Shown here: positions 48,514-58,578 of the stretch, piece by piece
Numbering within the stretch: position 1 is the first letter of the stretch
Layout: each line of letters starts with the position of its first letter
The notes under the pieces: model-generated
Seen by the model: only the letters and a program-made list of their open reading frames with translations
Told to the model about the DNA's origin: nothing
Databases searched by the model: none
Source of the DNA: an uncultured Acidimicrobiaceae bacterium
GTDB lineage: Bacteria > Actinomycetota > Acidimicrobiia > Spongiisociales > UBA5794
Length of the DNA: 59,006 nucleotides
Reading direction: 5' to 3'
Assembly: GCA_964569015.1 (NCBI GenBank)
Contig: CAZMSN010000001.1
Coordinates: 36,439 to 95,444 of the forward strand
Translations under genes and position numbers: made by a program

Positions 48514-51063
48514 TCAGACGGCTGCGGGGAGGGCGAGTTCGAAGGTGCTTTCTCCTGGTTGGTGCTGGTAGGTGAGGTCTCCGTCCATGAGCCGGGCAAG
48601 GTGGCGCGAGATGGTGAGACCCAAACCCAGTGAGGCGGTCAGTCCGGGTGCCTGGTGGGCCCGCTGGTAGGACTCGAAGATGCGTTCGCGTTCTTCTTCA
48701 GGTATGCCGGGCCCGTTGTCGCTGACCGTCACTCGGGCGGTCGTATCGTCACTACTCACGTTGATTCGGATTCGGTCTCCGCCGTAGCGGTGGGCGTTGG
48801 AGATCAGGTTGCGGAGGATCTGCCGGACCCGGGCAGGGTCGGCTGTCGCCCGGACCCCAGACCCGGTGAATTCGATATGTCTGGCATTTGGTTGGTGCCA
48901 GCTCTCCAGAATCTGTGCTGTTTGGGCTCGCAGGTCGACGGGAACATGTACCACGGTGACGGTCCCAGCTTCGGCTTTGGCGGCCGTGAGCAGGTCTTCG
49001 ACGATGTTGGTGAGGTCGGCGCCTTCGTCGGCGATCACCCGGATTATCTCAGTCCGTTCCTCACCCGACAGCCCGGAGGTTTCGTCTTGGAGGACCTGGG
49101 CGTAGCCGACCACTGCGGTCAAGGGGGTGCGCATCTCATGGGCGATCGAAGCGATCAGCTCATTCTTAGAGCGTAATGAGGTTTCGAGCGACTTCCGGGT
49201 GTGCACTTGTTCGGTGATGTCACGAACGATCACCATCGTTTCGTCCGATCCGGGAATGGGGAAGACGCGAGCTTCCCGCTCGCGGAGTACGCCGTCTACC
49301 TCGTACTGGTACTCCCACGACTGGACCTCACCGGACTGGTGCGCCCGCCGATACGCTGATGCCAGCTCGCCGGCCAGTTCCGGCGGCAACGCCTCATCGA
49401 TGTGTTTGCCGACGAACCGCTCCGGAGCGGGAATGAATCCGGGCGCATCGGGAACTTGGTAGGAGAGGTAGGCGCCGTCCGGGCTGAGACGAAAGACCAG
49501 ATCCGGGATAGCTTCGAGCATGGCCCGACTGCGGGCTTCGCTGACCCGCAGGGCCTCTTCGGCCAGCTTGCGTCGGATGCTGGAACTGAGTTGTGCTGCC
49601 ACCGTCGAGATGGTGTCGACCAGGTTCTGATAGTCATCTGGAAGCGACGCGAGGAGGAACACCAGCACAGCCACTGTCTCGTTGCCGCTCAACGCCGGAA
49701 TCCCAACCGCCGCTTGAATCCCAAACCGCGCAGCCACGTCCCTGCGCACAAAGTCCGGGTCGTGAACAACATCGGAGAGCACCACCGGCTGTTGAGAGTT
49801 CCATGCCCGCCCGGGTAGGCCGCGTCCCGGCTCAAAGGTGACCGACTCGCTCGCCTTGCGAAAGGCCTTGAATCTCTCCGATACCGAGTAGAAGGCGTCA
49901 CTGGCCTCCAGCCGGGAACCATCCGCACTCGGTATCCACGCTTCTCCCCCCATCCAGCCGGCGTACTCACATACTCTGCGCAGAACCACCCCGAGCGCAG
50001 TCTCGAGATCATCGCTGGAGGTGATGTCGTCCATGCACTGGTGCAGGAGGCTGCGCTGTTCGAGCAGCTCGTCCTTGGAGCCGATCGATTCCCGCAGTCT
50101 CTCTTCGGTTTCGGCGAGCACGCGACGCTGGTCGTCGATGTGGTCGACACGCCTTCCGATCGTGATCACCACGGAACAGGCGACGGTGATCACAGCGGCG
50201 ATGGCGAGTTGAAGGGAGAGTGAGGGATTGGAGGTCAAAGGGTCCACGACATATCGGGCCAGCAGGGCAATCCCCAAGGAGGCGCCGCACACGATCGGGA
50301 CGTAAAGGCGGATGACTTGTCCGCCGGCACGATTCGACACGATGGGCCGCATCAACCCCAGGTCCGGATCGCAATACAGCACGGACAGGCCGACCGCCAC
50401 GTGAAGGACCGAAGTATTGATGGCCATTTGGGTGGCATGTCCGATCAGACCGGCAAGCTCGACAACTCCCAGCGCGTACCCCAACACCGCCAACGCTGCG
50501 ATCGCCGCTGCGATCGTTGCGAGAATCTGACGGGTCCATATGCTCCGCCGGGTCGCGAGCAGATAGAGCGCAGGGCCAAGAAGCGCATAGTTGATTGCCG
50601 TGTTGGCCCCCATGCGCCCCGGATTCGAGGTCGCTACCGCCCCGAGACCCTCATGGGCGAGGAGCTGATCGAAACCGGTCCAACCGAGGCCGGCCACATA
50701 CTCGACGGTCGTGACCCAGCCGATCAGGGTTACCAGGGTGGCCATTATCACCACGAGCCCGGGCCACCAGCCGCGCCGGTGGGCGACAACACCGAGACCG
50801 GCCGCGCCGATACCCACCGCCGTGTTGGCTTTCATGGTCACACTGCCCGGGATTACCCGGGCCACAATGTCGACTCCCAACCACCAGCCGACCACCAGAA
50901 CCGTCACCCCCGCCACCAGAGCGATCCAGCCAAGCAGCTCCGCCGCCACCCGAAACCGACGGACAAGCACCGGAGCAACCGTGTCCCACCCTTCCGGCCC
51001 GCCATCAGGCTGCATCCCCTCAGGAGGTGGTTCAACCAAAACCTTGTGTGCAGTGGCGGTCAT
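48514..51063 (-). CDS. Membrane sensor histidine kinase (multi-TM, GAF, PAS, HisKA, HATPase)
   Basis: Several TM helices, GLPGRAW GAF, AIPDLVF PAS, AHEMRTP, NLISNA, DNGPGI, GLGL. Confidence 0.92.
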   Translation of the reverse strand: MTATAHKVLVEPPPEGMQPDGGPEGWDTVAPVLVRRFRVAAELLGWIALVAGVTVLVVGWWLGVDIVARVIPGSVTMKANTAVGIGAAGLGVVAHRRGWWPGLVVIMATLVTLIGWVTTVEYVAGLGWTGFDQLLAHEGLGAVATSNPGRMGANTAINYALLGPALYLLATRRSIWTRQILATIAAAIAALAVLGYALGVVELAGLIGHATQMAINTSVLHVAVGLSVLYCDPDLGLMRPIVSNRAGGQVIRLYVPIVCGASLGIALLARYVVDPLTSNPSLSLQLAIAAVITVACSVVITIGRRVDHIDDQRRVLAETEERLRESIGSKDELLEQRSLLHQCMDDITSSDDLETALGVVLRRVCEYAGWMGGEAWIPSADGSRLEASDAFYSVSERFKAFRKASESVTFEPGRGLPGRAWNSQQPVVLSDVVHDPDFVRRDVAARFGIQAAVGIPALSGNETVAVLVFLLASLPDDYQNLVDTISTVAAQLSSSIRRKLAEEALRVSEARSRAMLEAIPDLVFRLSPDGAYLSYQVPDAPGFIPAPERFVGKHIDEALPPELAGELASAYRRAHQSGEVQSWEYQYEVDGVLREREARVFPIPGSDETMVIVRDITEQVHTRKSLETSLRSKNELIASIAHEMRTPLTAVVGYAQVLQDETSGLSGEERTEIIRVIADEGADLTNIVEDLLTAAKAEAGTVTVVHVPVDLRAQTAQILESWHQPNARHIEFTGSGVRATADPARVRQILRNLISNAHRYGGDRIRINVSSDDTTARVTVSDNGPGIPEEERERIFESYQRAHQAPGLTASLGLGLTISRHLARLMDGDLTYQHQPGESTFELALPAAV

Positions 51064-51716
51064 GCGTCACCCCCGGTCGCACCGACAAACAGCCTCCAGC
51101 CACACACGGCCTGAAGCCGATCGCCCACCACAGCGAACATCACGACCGCTGACTCGTCCATCTGCCATGCCTCGTAGACCCTCGATCGTCCGGCGAACCC
51201 CTCACACAGCTCGCAGCAATCAGAGAACGCCACCCCAACCGACCTGACGCACAGCAGATAGACGAAATGGCTCGTCGCTGGTGAAATCGTTGTCGCAACA
51301 ATCCTATCGTTTTTCAACACGGTTCGCCGAGTAACCAGCCAACTTGAAGACCCATCTGCCCGTATGAGACGGGCCCGCCCGACGGGCGAGCAAAACGCTT
51401 CAGCTAAGCCACGGCGTCATCAAGCGACGCCACCCAGATCGCCCAACATGTCGCCTCGCCGACCATCCGCCGAAACCAACCCGAGCGGCACTCACCGAGT
51501 ACCACGATGATCCTTCAAGGCTATACCGGCGTTCGTCGATGAAGCTCGAAACCACCGTGGTGACCAAGTCGCGACATGCCGTCGAGGCCGGTCTATACCG
51601 AGCCTCGCCCACCAAACCGCAAGAGAGGCGCCGGAGCCCTCGATCAGGTCGACAGAACGGCCAATGTTGCGTCTCGATCTGAACCCGACAAGACCGCAAG
51701 GTGGCTAGTTCCGTTG

Positions 51717-51959
51717 ATGCCACGCGAAACGGTACCCAAACCGGAAAGGGTCGAGGCCGATAGCGAGAACGTGAACGGAATCAGCCCACGATGCTATGCC
51801 TGCGGCAATCAGGCTGTGATCCGCGACCGGAATGGCTTGTGGTGCGGCAGATGTGCCCTCAGACACATAGCCGTCGACAACCGGGACGACACAGACCGGC
51901 AACGCCGAGGAGACAAGCCGAGACGGATCACACGGAATCGGCAAAGACACGCCAGGTAA
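51717..51959 (+). CDS. Possible small zinc-finger protein
   Basis: CYAC-x13-CGRC and basic tail; start uncertain. Confidence 0.4.
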   Translation: MPRETVPKPERVEADSENVNGISPRCYACGNQAVIRDRNGLWCGRCALRHIAVDNRDDTDRQRRGDKPRRITRNRQRHAR

Positions 51960-52391
51960 GCCCGACCGCGGTAAGGCTGACAGGCCGCAACGGCCGGCAA
52001 GCCGATTCAGACAGTGAACTACGGTGGCCTGGACCTCGTCGTCTCCGGGGGCTGATCGAACCAGAGCCATACGAGGAGACTCTGCTGGTCATCGACCTGG
52101 CATGTGACCGCTGCACGGCGACGTTCACTGCAGCGGCAGCGTCCGCTTCGCTGCCGTGAACCATCATTCGCCGCCACAAGGACTCGTCTCCTTTCGAGGC
52201 GGGGTGGAGACCACGGAGAGTGGCTGCTTCCGCTCGACTTCCGAGGGTGCCTGCTGAGTGCGTCTGAAGCCAGCCTGAAGCCCAACGACCTGACACAGGC
52301 CGACATCACCCGTCATCCGTTAGCAGCGGTTCTGCTTCATGCCAATGGTGATCATCGTTATCGACTCTTTCATACGCTATCGGGGACCCCT

Positions 52392-52512
<121 letters not shown>

Positions 52513-52516
52513 CGAG

Positions 52517-52553
52517 AAAGCCCTGGTCAGACGGTTGTCTGACCAGGGCTTTT
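52517..52553 (+). terminator. Intrinsic terminator after tRNA fragment 2
   Basis: aaagccctggtcagac-ggtt-gtctgaccagggctttt. Confidence 0.85.
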
Positions 52554-52560
52554 ATCGTGT

Positions 52561-53741
52561 TCAGGCGGTCTTCTTCCGGGGCTTCAACCGGCTTACTCCT
52601 TTCGAGGCGGCGGGGCCAATGAGCTGTTCGAATACGCGGGCGGCTTCGGCTTGCATGCCGGGGAAGACGTGTTGGTAGGTGTCGATTGTGAAGGCTGGGT
52701 TCCCGTGTCCGAGTCGTTCGCTGACCACTTTGACGGGTACGCCGGCTTTGATCAGAAGGGTGGCGTGGGTGTGCCGAAGGTCGTGGAACCGTATTCTCGG
52801 TACACCCGCTCTGGCGCTGATCCGTTCGAAGGTTTGGGAGGTCGAGTGGGGGTGGATCGGGGTGCCGGTGGCGTCGGTGAACACCCAGCCGCTGGGGGAG
52901 ATCCCAACCGCTTCCTGTTCTGTGTGTTGCCATGTATTCCAGGCGGTCAGCGCGTCGACCGTAATAGGGTCGACGTCGATGGCTCGCCGTGCGTTGCGGG
53001 TCTTGCCTCATGACTCATGTATCTCGTGGCGATGGCGACCAGCCCCCGATCGACCGACAAGGTCGCCGCGGCGAGGTCGATGTCGTCCCAACGCAAGCCG
53101 AGCAGTTCGCTGCGGCGAAGGCCGGTGGTAGCGGTCAGCCAGAACGCGGTGAACAAGCGGTGACCGGCGGCGGCACGCAGTAGCGCCCGCAATTGCAGGG
53201 CGGTCCATGCTTGCTGTCCGATCTTCGGTATCGATCTGAGCCGTCGGGCGTGAGCCACGAGTGCCACGTTGCGGTTCACGAGGCCCCGTGTCACCGCGTC
53301 GTCAAGGGCGCTGCGGATGATCAGATGCACTTCAAGCACCGTCTTGGGTGCGAGGGCTCATCGCTGGTCGGTGGGATGGAGCACCTGGTCGTAGACCGCC
53401 TCGAGGTGATCGGGGCGTGGACGGCCGATCGGGATCCGTCCGAGTGCGGGGAGTACGTGTCTGTCGATCTTGCGGCGACACCCGTTCCAGGTGCTCCGAG
53501 CCAGGTTGACCTTCTTTGCGGGGAGCCACTGGGTGGTCAGTTAGGCACCGAAGGTGAGCGAACGCACATGGTCGCTACGTCCGCTGACATCGGCGGCGAG
53601 GCGGGCAGCGACATGTTCTGCCTCTTCGCGGGAGGTCCCGGCCGGAGGCCAGCGTCTCCGCTCTTTGCCGGTGACCGGGTCCAGCCCTTCGTAGATGACC
53701 GCATACCAGCGGTTGTCCTTGCGAGCGACGTAGCCCTTCAT
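52561..53741 (-). pseudogene. Tyrosine integrase 2, multiply disrupted
   Basis: TAA at 53541-53543, TGA at 53358-53360, 1-nt frameshift near 53027, TGA at 53008-53010; GLRRSE, HDLRH, LGH, YQH retained. Confidence 0.92.
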
Positions 53742-53946
53742 GGTCGTCTCCTCTCGAGGCTCGACCTTCGAGCACCCGGCAGAAGGATCGATAGAAGCCG
53801 CCGGTTTTGCAGCCCGGCGTTGGTCGATGGTCGATTCCTCCGCAAGGTCATCCAATATGGAGTTCGCCCGTGGGCGTTTCTTGGCCCTTCTCGCCTTCTC
53901 TCGTCGTTGTCGGGGTGGTCGGACGCGACGAATCATTCGAGGTTCG

Positions 53947-53974
53947 TCTCAGGTGTCTCTCAGCTTCGTCTCAG
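53947..53974 (+). promoter_or_regulatory. Three TCTCAG direct repeats, OmpR/PhoB-type boxes
   Basis: TCTCAG at 53947, 53958, 53969 (11-bp period) upstream of the response regulator. Confidence 0.7.
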
Positions 53975-54043
53975 CTGGGACGGTTTACTGTTCCACCACG
54001 AATCGGAAGGGCAGCATGAGTCTCACGAGATGGCGAGGGTTCG

Positions 54044-54718
54044 ATGCGTTTGCTGGTTGTTGAAGACGAAATCAAGCTCGCCTCGTATCTCAAGCGGGGT
54101 TTGGAGGCCGACGGTCATGCGGTCGACGTCGCCTCAGACGGCGAGGAGGGACTGTGGCTGGCCCGCAACCAGCCGTACGACGTGATCGTGCTCGACATCA
54201 TGCTGCCGAAGCGGAATGGCTTCCAGGTGTGCGCCGACCTGCGAGGGGAATCCATCTGGACCCCGATCTTGATACTGACTGCCAAAGACGGGGAATTCGA
54301 CATTGCCGAGGCGCTCGATACCGGAGCAGACGACTATCTGACCAAACCGTTCTCCTTTGTCGTCCTGTCGGCTCGCATCCGGGCCCTCGCCCGGCGAGGG
54401 GCGCCGGAACGGCCGACCGTGTTGGAGGTCGATGACCTCCGCCTCGACCCGGCCGCTCATACGGTCGAGCGAGGTGGAACCGAGATCAAGGTGACGGCCA
54501 AGGAGTTCTCTCTGCTCGAATACCTGATGCGACATGCCGGGGAGGCGGTCCGCAAGATCGACATCCTCAACGCGGTGTGGGACTGGGACTTCGAAGGCGA
54601 CCCGAATGTGGTCGAGGTATACATCGGGTATCTGCGGAGGAAGATCGACGATCCCTTCGGACGGGCCTCGATCGAAACGGTTCGCGGGGTTGGTTACCGG
54701 TTGAGGGCCGACCGATGA
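54044..54718 (+). CDS. OmpR-family response regulator
   Basis: LVVEDE, LDIMLP, GADDYLTKPF, NVVEVYIGYLRRKID, TVRGVGY. Confidence 0.95.
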   Translation: MRLLVVEDEIKLASYLKRGLEADGHAVDVASDGEEGLWLARNQPYDVIVLDIMLPKRNGFQVCADLRGESIWTPILILTAKDGEFDIAEALDTGADDYLTKPFSFVVLSARIRALARRGAPERPTVLEVDDLRLDPAAHTVERGGTEIKVTAKEFSLLEYLMRHAGEAVRKIDILNAVWDWDFEGDPNVVEVYIGYLRRKIDDPFGRASIETVRGVGYRLRADR

Positions 54719-56142
54719 GCAGCCACCGAATCTCGATCCGCAATCTTGGCGTCCGTGCCCGAACCACGCTGATCGCCACCGCCGTGGTTGGCCTGGTCCT
54801 CGCCGGCTCCGGTGCTCTGCTGGTGGTGGCGACCAGATCAGCGCTGTTCCAGTCCGTCGAGACCACCGTGACCGCCCGTGCGGTCGACCTGGTGTCCCAA
54901 CTCGCCAACGGCACGACGCCTCAACCCGTGCCTCTGATCCGGGGGATCTCGGTCCAGATCGTGAGCGACGGCATAGTCAACTCTTCGACAGACGACATCG
55001 AAGGCCAGCGCCCGATCGTCGATCTCGTCGCGGTCGCCGGTGTCGTGTCGACGGTCCAGGTGCCTTCACTCGATGCTGGCGAGAACGAGGGTGAAGCGCA
55101 CAGTGAGGACGGTGATGAAGGGCCGTTTCTGGTGGCGGTTGCCGGGGTGAGTATCGAAGAGAGGCAGGCGACAGTGCTGGCGGCCGCTTCTCTCGGCGCC
55201 GTGGAGAACGCCACCCGGACCCTCATACCGCTCCTGGCCCTTGGCATTCCCGCGATCACCCTGTTGGTAGGTCTGACCATCTGGCGCCTCACCCGCCGGG
55301 CCTTCCAGCCGGTGGAGGCGATGGCCCGCCAGGCCGAGGCCATCTCCTACCGCGATCTGCATCTCCGTGTGCCGGAACCGAAGCCCGAAGACGAGATACG
55401 GCGGCTGGCGGTGGTGCTCAACCGGATGCTCGAGCGTCTCGAGGCGTCGGTTTCCCGCCAGCGGAGGTTCACGGCCGATGCCGGACATGAGCTGAAGAGC
55501 CCTGTCGCTACCCTCCTCACGATGGCCGAGGTGGCAGAAGCGAACCCGCAGGGTTTCAACGTTGCCCAACTTGCCGCCGACGTTGCCGGTCAGAGCCGCC
55601 GGCTCGCAACCCTCGTTGACGATCTGCTCGTCCTGGCACGAACTGACGAGCACCACCTCGAACTGAACCGCGAGCCGTTCAATCTCGCCGAGGTCGCCCG
55701 TGTCGAGATCAGCGGAGGCGGCCGGGCGCCCGTCTCGATTGACACAAACCGGTTGGAACCGGTACAGGTGTATGGGGACCGTCGCAGGATCGGCCAGGTC
55801 GTGCGGAACCTCCTCGACAACGCCACGCGTCACGCCACCGCAAACGTGCGTATCGAAACGCACGCCACCGGGGGCGAGGCCACCATAAGTGTCGCCGACG
55901 ACGGGCCCGGTATTCCTCCCGCCGATCGCGACATGATCTTCGAACGATTCGTGCGACTCGACGAGGCCCGATCCCGCGAGGCCGGCGGAACCGGGCTGGG
56001 ACTTTCGGTGGTCCGAAGCATCGTCGAGGCACATGGCGGACAGATCGAGGTAGACGACGACCCCGACCTGGGCGGTGCCGTGATCACCGTGGTTCTGCCG
56101 ACCGGCCGGGACCGCGACGAGGCGTCATCGTCTGCGCAGTGA
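54715..56142 (+). CDS. Sensor histidine kinase (2 TM, HAMP, HisKA, HATPase)
   Basis: ATGA overlap with the regulator; DEIRRLA HAMP, ADAGHELKSP, NLLDNA, DDGPGI, GTGLGL. Confidence 0.93.
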   Translation: MSSHRISIRNLGVRARTTLIATAVVGLVLAGSGALLVVATRSALFQSVETTVTARAVDLVSQLANGTTPQPVPLIRGISVQIVSDGIVNSSTDDIEGQRPIVDLVAVAGVVSTVQVPSLDAGENEGEAHSEDGDEGPFLVAVAGVSIEERQATVLAAASLGAVENATRTLIPLLALGIPAITLLVGLTIWRLTRRAFQPVEAMARQAEAISYRDLHLRVPEPKPEDEIRRLAVVLNRMLERLEASVSRQRRFTADAGHELKSPVATLLTMAEVAEANPQGFNVAQLAADVAGQSRRLATLVDDLLVLARTDEHHLELNREPFNLAEVARVEISGGGRAPVSIDTNRLEPVQVYGDRRRIGQVVRNLLDNATRHATANVRIETHATGGEATISVADDGPGIPPADRDMIFERFVRLDEARSREAGGTGLGLSVVRSIVEAHGGQIEVDDDPDLGGAVITVVLPTGRDRDEASSSAQ

Positions 56143-56216
56143 ATTGTGTCGGCGGGCGTTCGTCTCGGCAGGCGACGCGGTCATCGAACGACAACCGATT
56201 GACGAGCCAAACGCGG

Positions 56217-56246
56217 GAGGGCCGGACCCAACCGGGTCCGGCCCTC
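56217..56246. terminator. Bidirectional hairpin between convergent genes
   Basis: gagggccggaccc-aacc-gggtccggccctc, perfect 13-bp stem. Confidence 0.75.
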
Positions 56247-56272
56247 TACACCTGGGCGGCGAGCTGTGAGGT

Positions 56273-56725
56273 TCAACCGTTGGTCGTAACCTCGGCACCC
56301 TCGTTGGCGTCATCGGCGTCGGGGATCCCGTCCCCGTTGTTGCCGACTTCTTCGCCTTCGAACTGGTGGTCGATCCCGTCGATGACCTCGTCATCGGGCG
56401 TTTCGGGCTCGTCTGCCTCGACTTCGTCGGCCTCGTTGGCGTCGGCGATTCCGTCTCCGTTGTTGCCGACTTCTTCGCCTTCGAACTGGTGGTCGATCCC
56501 GTCGATGGCCTCGTCGCCGACGCCTTCCACCTCGCCGGCCTCATCATCGGGAGCCGTCGGCTGGTCAGGAGCGACCGAAGGCGCTTCCGTCTGCGTCTGA
56601 CCGATGGCCGGTGCGGTCTGGGCAGGCGAGCTGGCAGCCGCCGCGATACCCATTGTCCCGAGGGCTAGACCGATCGCTGCTGCGAGGGTGTAGATCCTCT
56701 TGGCCGTATTCTTTTCCGTTGACAT
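56273..56725 (-). CDS. Secreted acidic protein with two 41-aa repeats
   Basis: AGGAGG RBS, signal peptide, DExIDGIDHQFEGEEVGNNGDGI twice at a 123-bp period. Confidence 0.8.
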   Translation of the reverse strand: MSTEKNTAKRIYTLAAAIGLALGTMGIAAAASSPAQTAPAIGQTQTEAPSVAPDQPTAPDDEAGEVEGVGDEAIDGIDHQFEGEEVGNNGDGIADANEADEVEADEPETPDDEVIDGIDHQFEGEEVGNNGDGIPDADDANEGAEVTTNG

Positions 56726-56789
56726 CAAATGACCTCCTGGCTTCTTCGCAGCCCTGTGGGCCGTTGTGAGGACAGCATGCCTCAGTGCA

Positions 56790-56817
56790 CCTGTGGCGAA
56801 GCTGAGTAGACCTGAGA
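56790..56817 (-). promoter_or_regulatory. CTCAG-type repeats upstream of the acidic repeat protein
   Basis: Minus strand tctcagg-tct-actcagc-ttcg-ccacagg; shares CTCAGCTTCG with the boxes at 53947-53974. Confidence 0.55.
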
Positions 56818-57063
56818 CACGGCTGGAGAGCAGGCGCTGCCGATCGCAGTTCTAGCCGTCGGTGGGCGAGGGAGAGCAAGGGCCGTGGTACCGGCAAAGC
56901 ACCGAGAGCCGGCATCACAGGATCGACAAACAACACATGCCATCGCGCGTCCATTGCGCGAGAGGGTGCGATGGGAGGGGCAACAACGCGATATGACGAG
57001 AAACGAAAACCGTCTCTGAGTAGGCGTTTTGCGCATTTCCCCAGGTCGGCGAATCAGCTCCTC

Positions 57064-57188
57064 TCGGGCTCATAACCCGAAGGTCGCGGGTTCAACGAGG
57101 GGTCATCGAGCGAGCGGAGCCCAACTGGGACTTGGGGTTCTTGCGGAGCGATGGTCGATGACCCCGAGCTTCCCCGCCCCCGCTACCA
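57064..57188 (+). repeat. tRNA-Met 3' fragment 3 with diverged about 76-bp T-loop insertion (57096-57171), ending in CCA
   Basis: tcgggctcataacccgaaggtcgcgggttcaa + insert + ccccgcccccgctacca. Confidence 0.93.
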
Positions 57189-57202
57189 ACGAAATACCTG
57201 TT

Positions 57203-57236
57203 CAGAAGGGGTCCCGCTTCGGCGAGGCCCCTTCTG
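57203..57236 (+). terminator. Hairpin after tRNA fragment 3
   Basis: cagaagggg...cgc-ttcg-gcg...ccccttctg. Confidence 0.7.
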
Positions 57237-57260
57237 CGTTCTGGAGCATCTACCAGGGAT

Positions 57261-57560
57261 CTACCAAGGCGGTGTGCGGTTCGGACCACGAGCGGCGGCC
57301 GCTGCCGCGAAGATCACGCTTGGTGGCGGCACTCTGCTGAATGTAGCAACCAGGCGCTGCGCGACAGAGCGGCCGATGCCGTTCGCGCCTTCGACAGCCC
57401 ACACCCGATCATCGAACTCGGCGACAGCGTCGAGCATCTCGACCAGCCCCTCGTCGGTGTTGTCGAACCGGCGTCTGGTCTTGATGGTCTCGTCTCGCCC
57501 CCTCACCGAGATCGTGTTCGATGCCTTGTGCGGATCGAGACCGATGATCACTTCGGTCAT
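57261..57560 (-). pseudogene. IS110-family recombinase N-terminal (DEDD) fragment
   Basis: IIGLDPHKASNT...RFDNT...WAVEGANGIGRSVAQRL, then similarity is lost; AGGAG RBS. Confidence 0.88.
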
Positions 57561-58057
57561 TGCCTTCTCCTCTCGTCGATGAATCAGTGAACGACGAGGG
57601 CGGCCAATGCCTCTTCGAGCAGCGCAAACCTCTCTTCAGCCACAACCTCGTCTGAAGTCCAGGCCGCAAGCCATTAATGAGCCACAACCCGAAACCACGG
57701 GCTGGGCAGCCGGTTAACGAGCGAACCATCTCGGACCCCGATCCAGAGCCTGGTCTCGACCCCAGATCACTTCCAGTTCTAACAAGAGGCCGGATCTCGG
57801 GCTTTCCAGCCGGGCTTGGCAGAACGGGACGCGTGTTGTTATGCGTTCGCGTCTTCGCGACACGACGCGAACGCTGTCGGTCCCCTGAGCTGCTAAATCG
57901 ACGGGCGCCGACTCGGCGACCGTCGGCGAGCCGATCCGACGGCTCGTCGGACCGGCCTCTCCCTCGCCGGGCGGGAGGGCCGTATCCACCCCACCGCACC
58001 AGCACCGCCGACATCTAGGAGTAGCGTTCGGGTCGGAGCTCGAGGAAGGGGAAGGAC

Positions 58058-58471
58058 ATGGATGAGTGGAACACCTCCTGGTTTCAGGTCTTCCGACTAG
58101 CGTGCTCCCGAATCCTCGAGATGTTCGCCGACGCCAATCCGGGTGCCAAGAATGAGGCGCGGAGAGCGGCATATGTGTTCGGAGACCTCGACGGCGAAGG
58201 ATATGGGTCGGTCATCGGCGACCTCATAGAGCTGTCCGACGAGTGCAGCCGGTCGTTGGACCGGGGAGAAGCCGAGCTGACGGAGGTCGTGCCGCAACTT
58301 CACGACCCGATGATGGAATGCCTCAAGGAGTACGGTAAAAGCGGCCTGGACGACAGCTTCTGGGTTCCGTGGAGCCAGTTCTGGGAGGCCCTTGACGTCG
58401 AGGCGATCGTTGAGTACATGAAGAACGAGCGGCGAGAGCAGACGACCGGGCCGAGCAACACACATCTGTAG
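58058..58471 (+). CDS. Hypothetical protein
   Basis: Purine-rich RBS (gaaggggaagga) and globular-looking 137-aa composition; no motif recognised. Confidence 0.6.
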   Translation: MDEWNTSWFQVFRLACSRILEMFADANPGAKNEARRAAYVFGDLDGEGYGSVIGDLIELSDECSRSLDRGEAELTEVVPQLHDPMMECLKEYGKSGLDDSFWVPWSQFWEALDVEAIVEYMKNERREQTTGPSNTHL

Positions 58472-58578
58472 CCGGCTCGTCGGCCATCCTCCACGGCTGC
58501 CTCCACCGCCACACCCATGCCAAAAGAGCGCATCGCCTGGCCCGCCACCCAATAGGCCGCTGCTTGACAATACGAGCC

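Larger units (their letters stand above)
46244..52391. mobile_element. tRNA-Met-integrated island 1 (degenerate)
   Basis: Bounded by tRNA fragments; contains integrase pseudogene; codon usage appears less GC-biased than core genes (by eye). Confidence 0.75.

Noticed and set aside
51060-51320. 86-aa ORF with ATGA overlap onto the orphan kinase
   Set aside because: No motif or convincing RBS and atypical composition; the overlap alone is insufficient evidence.
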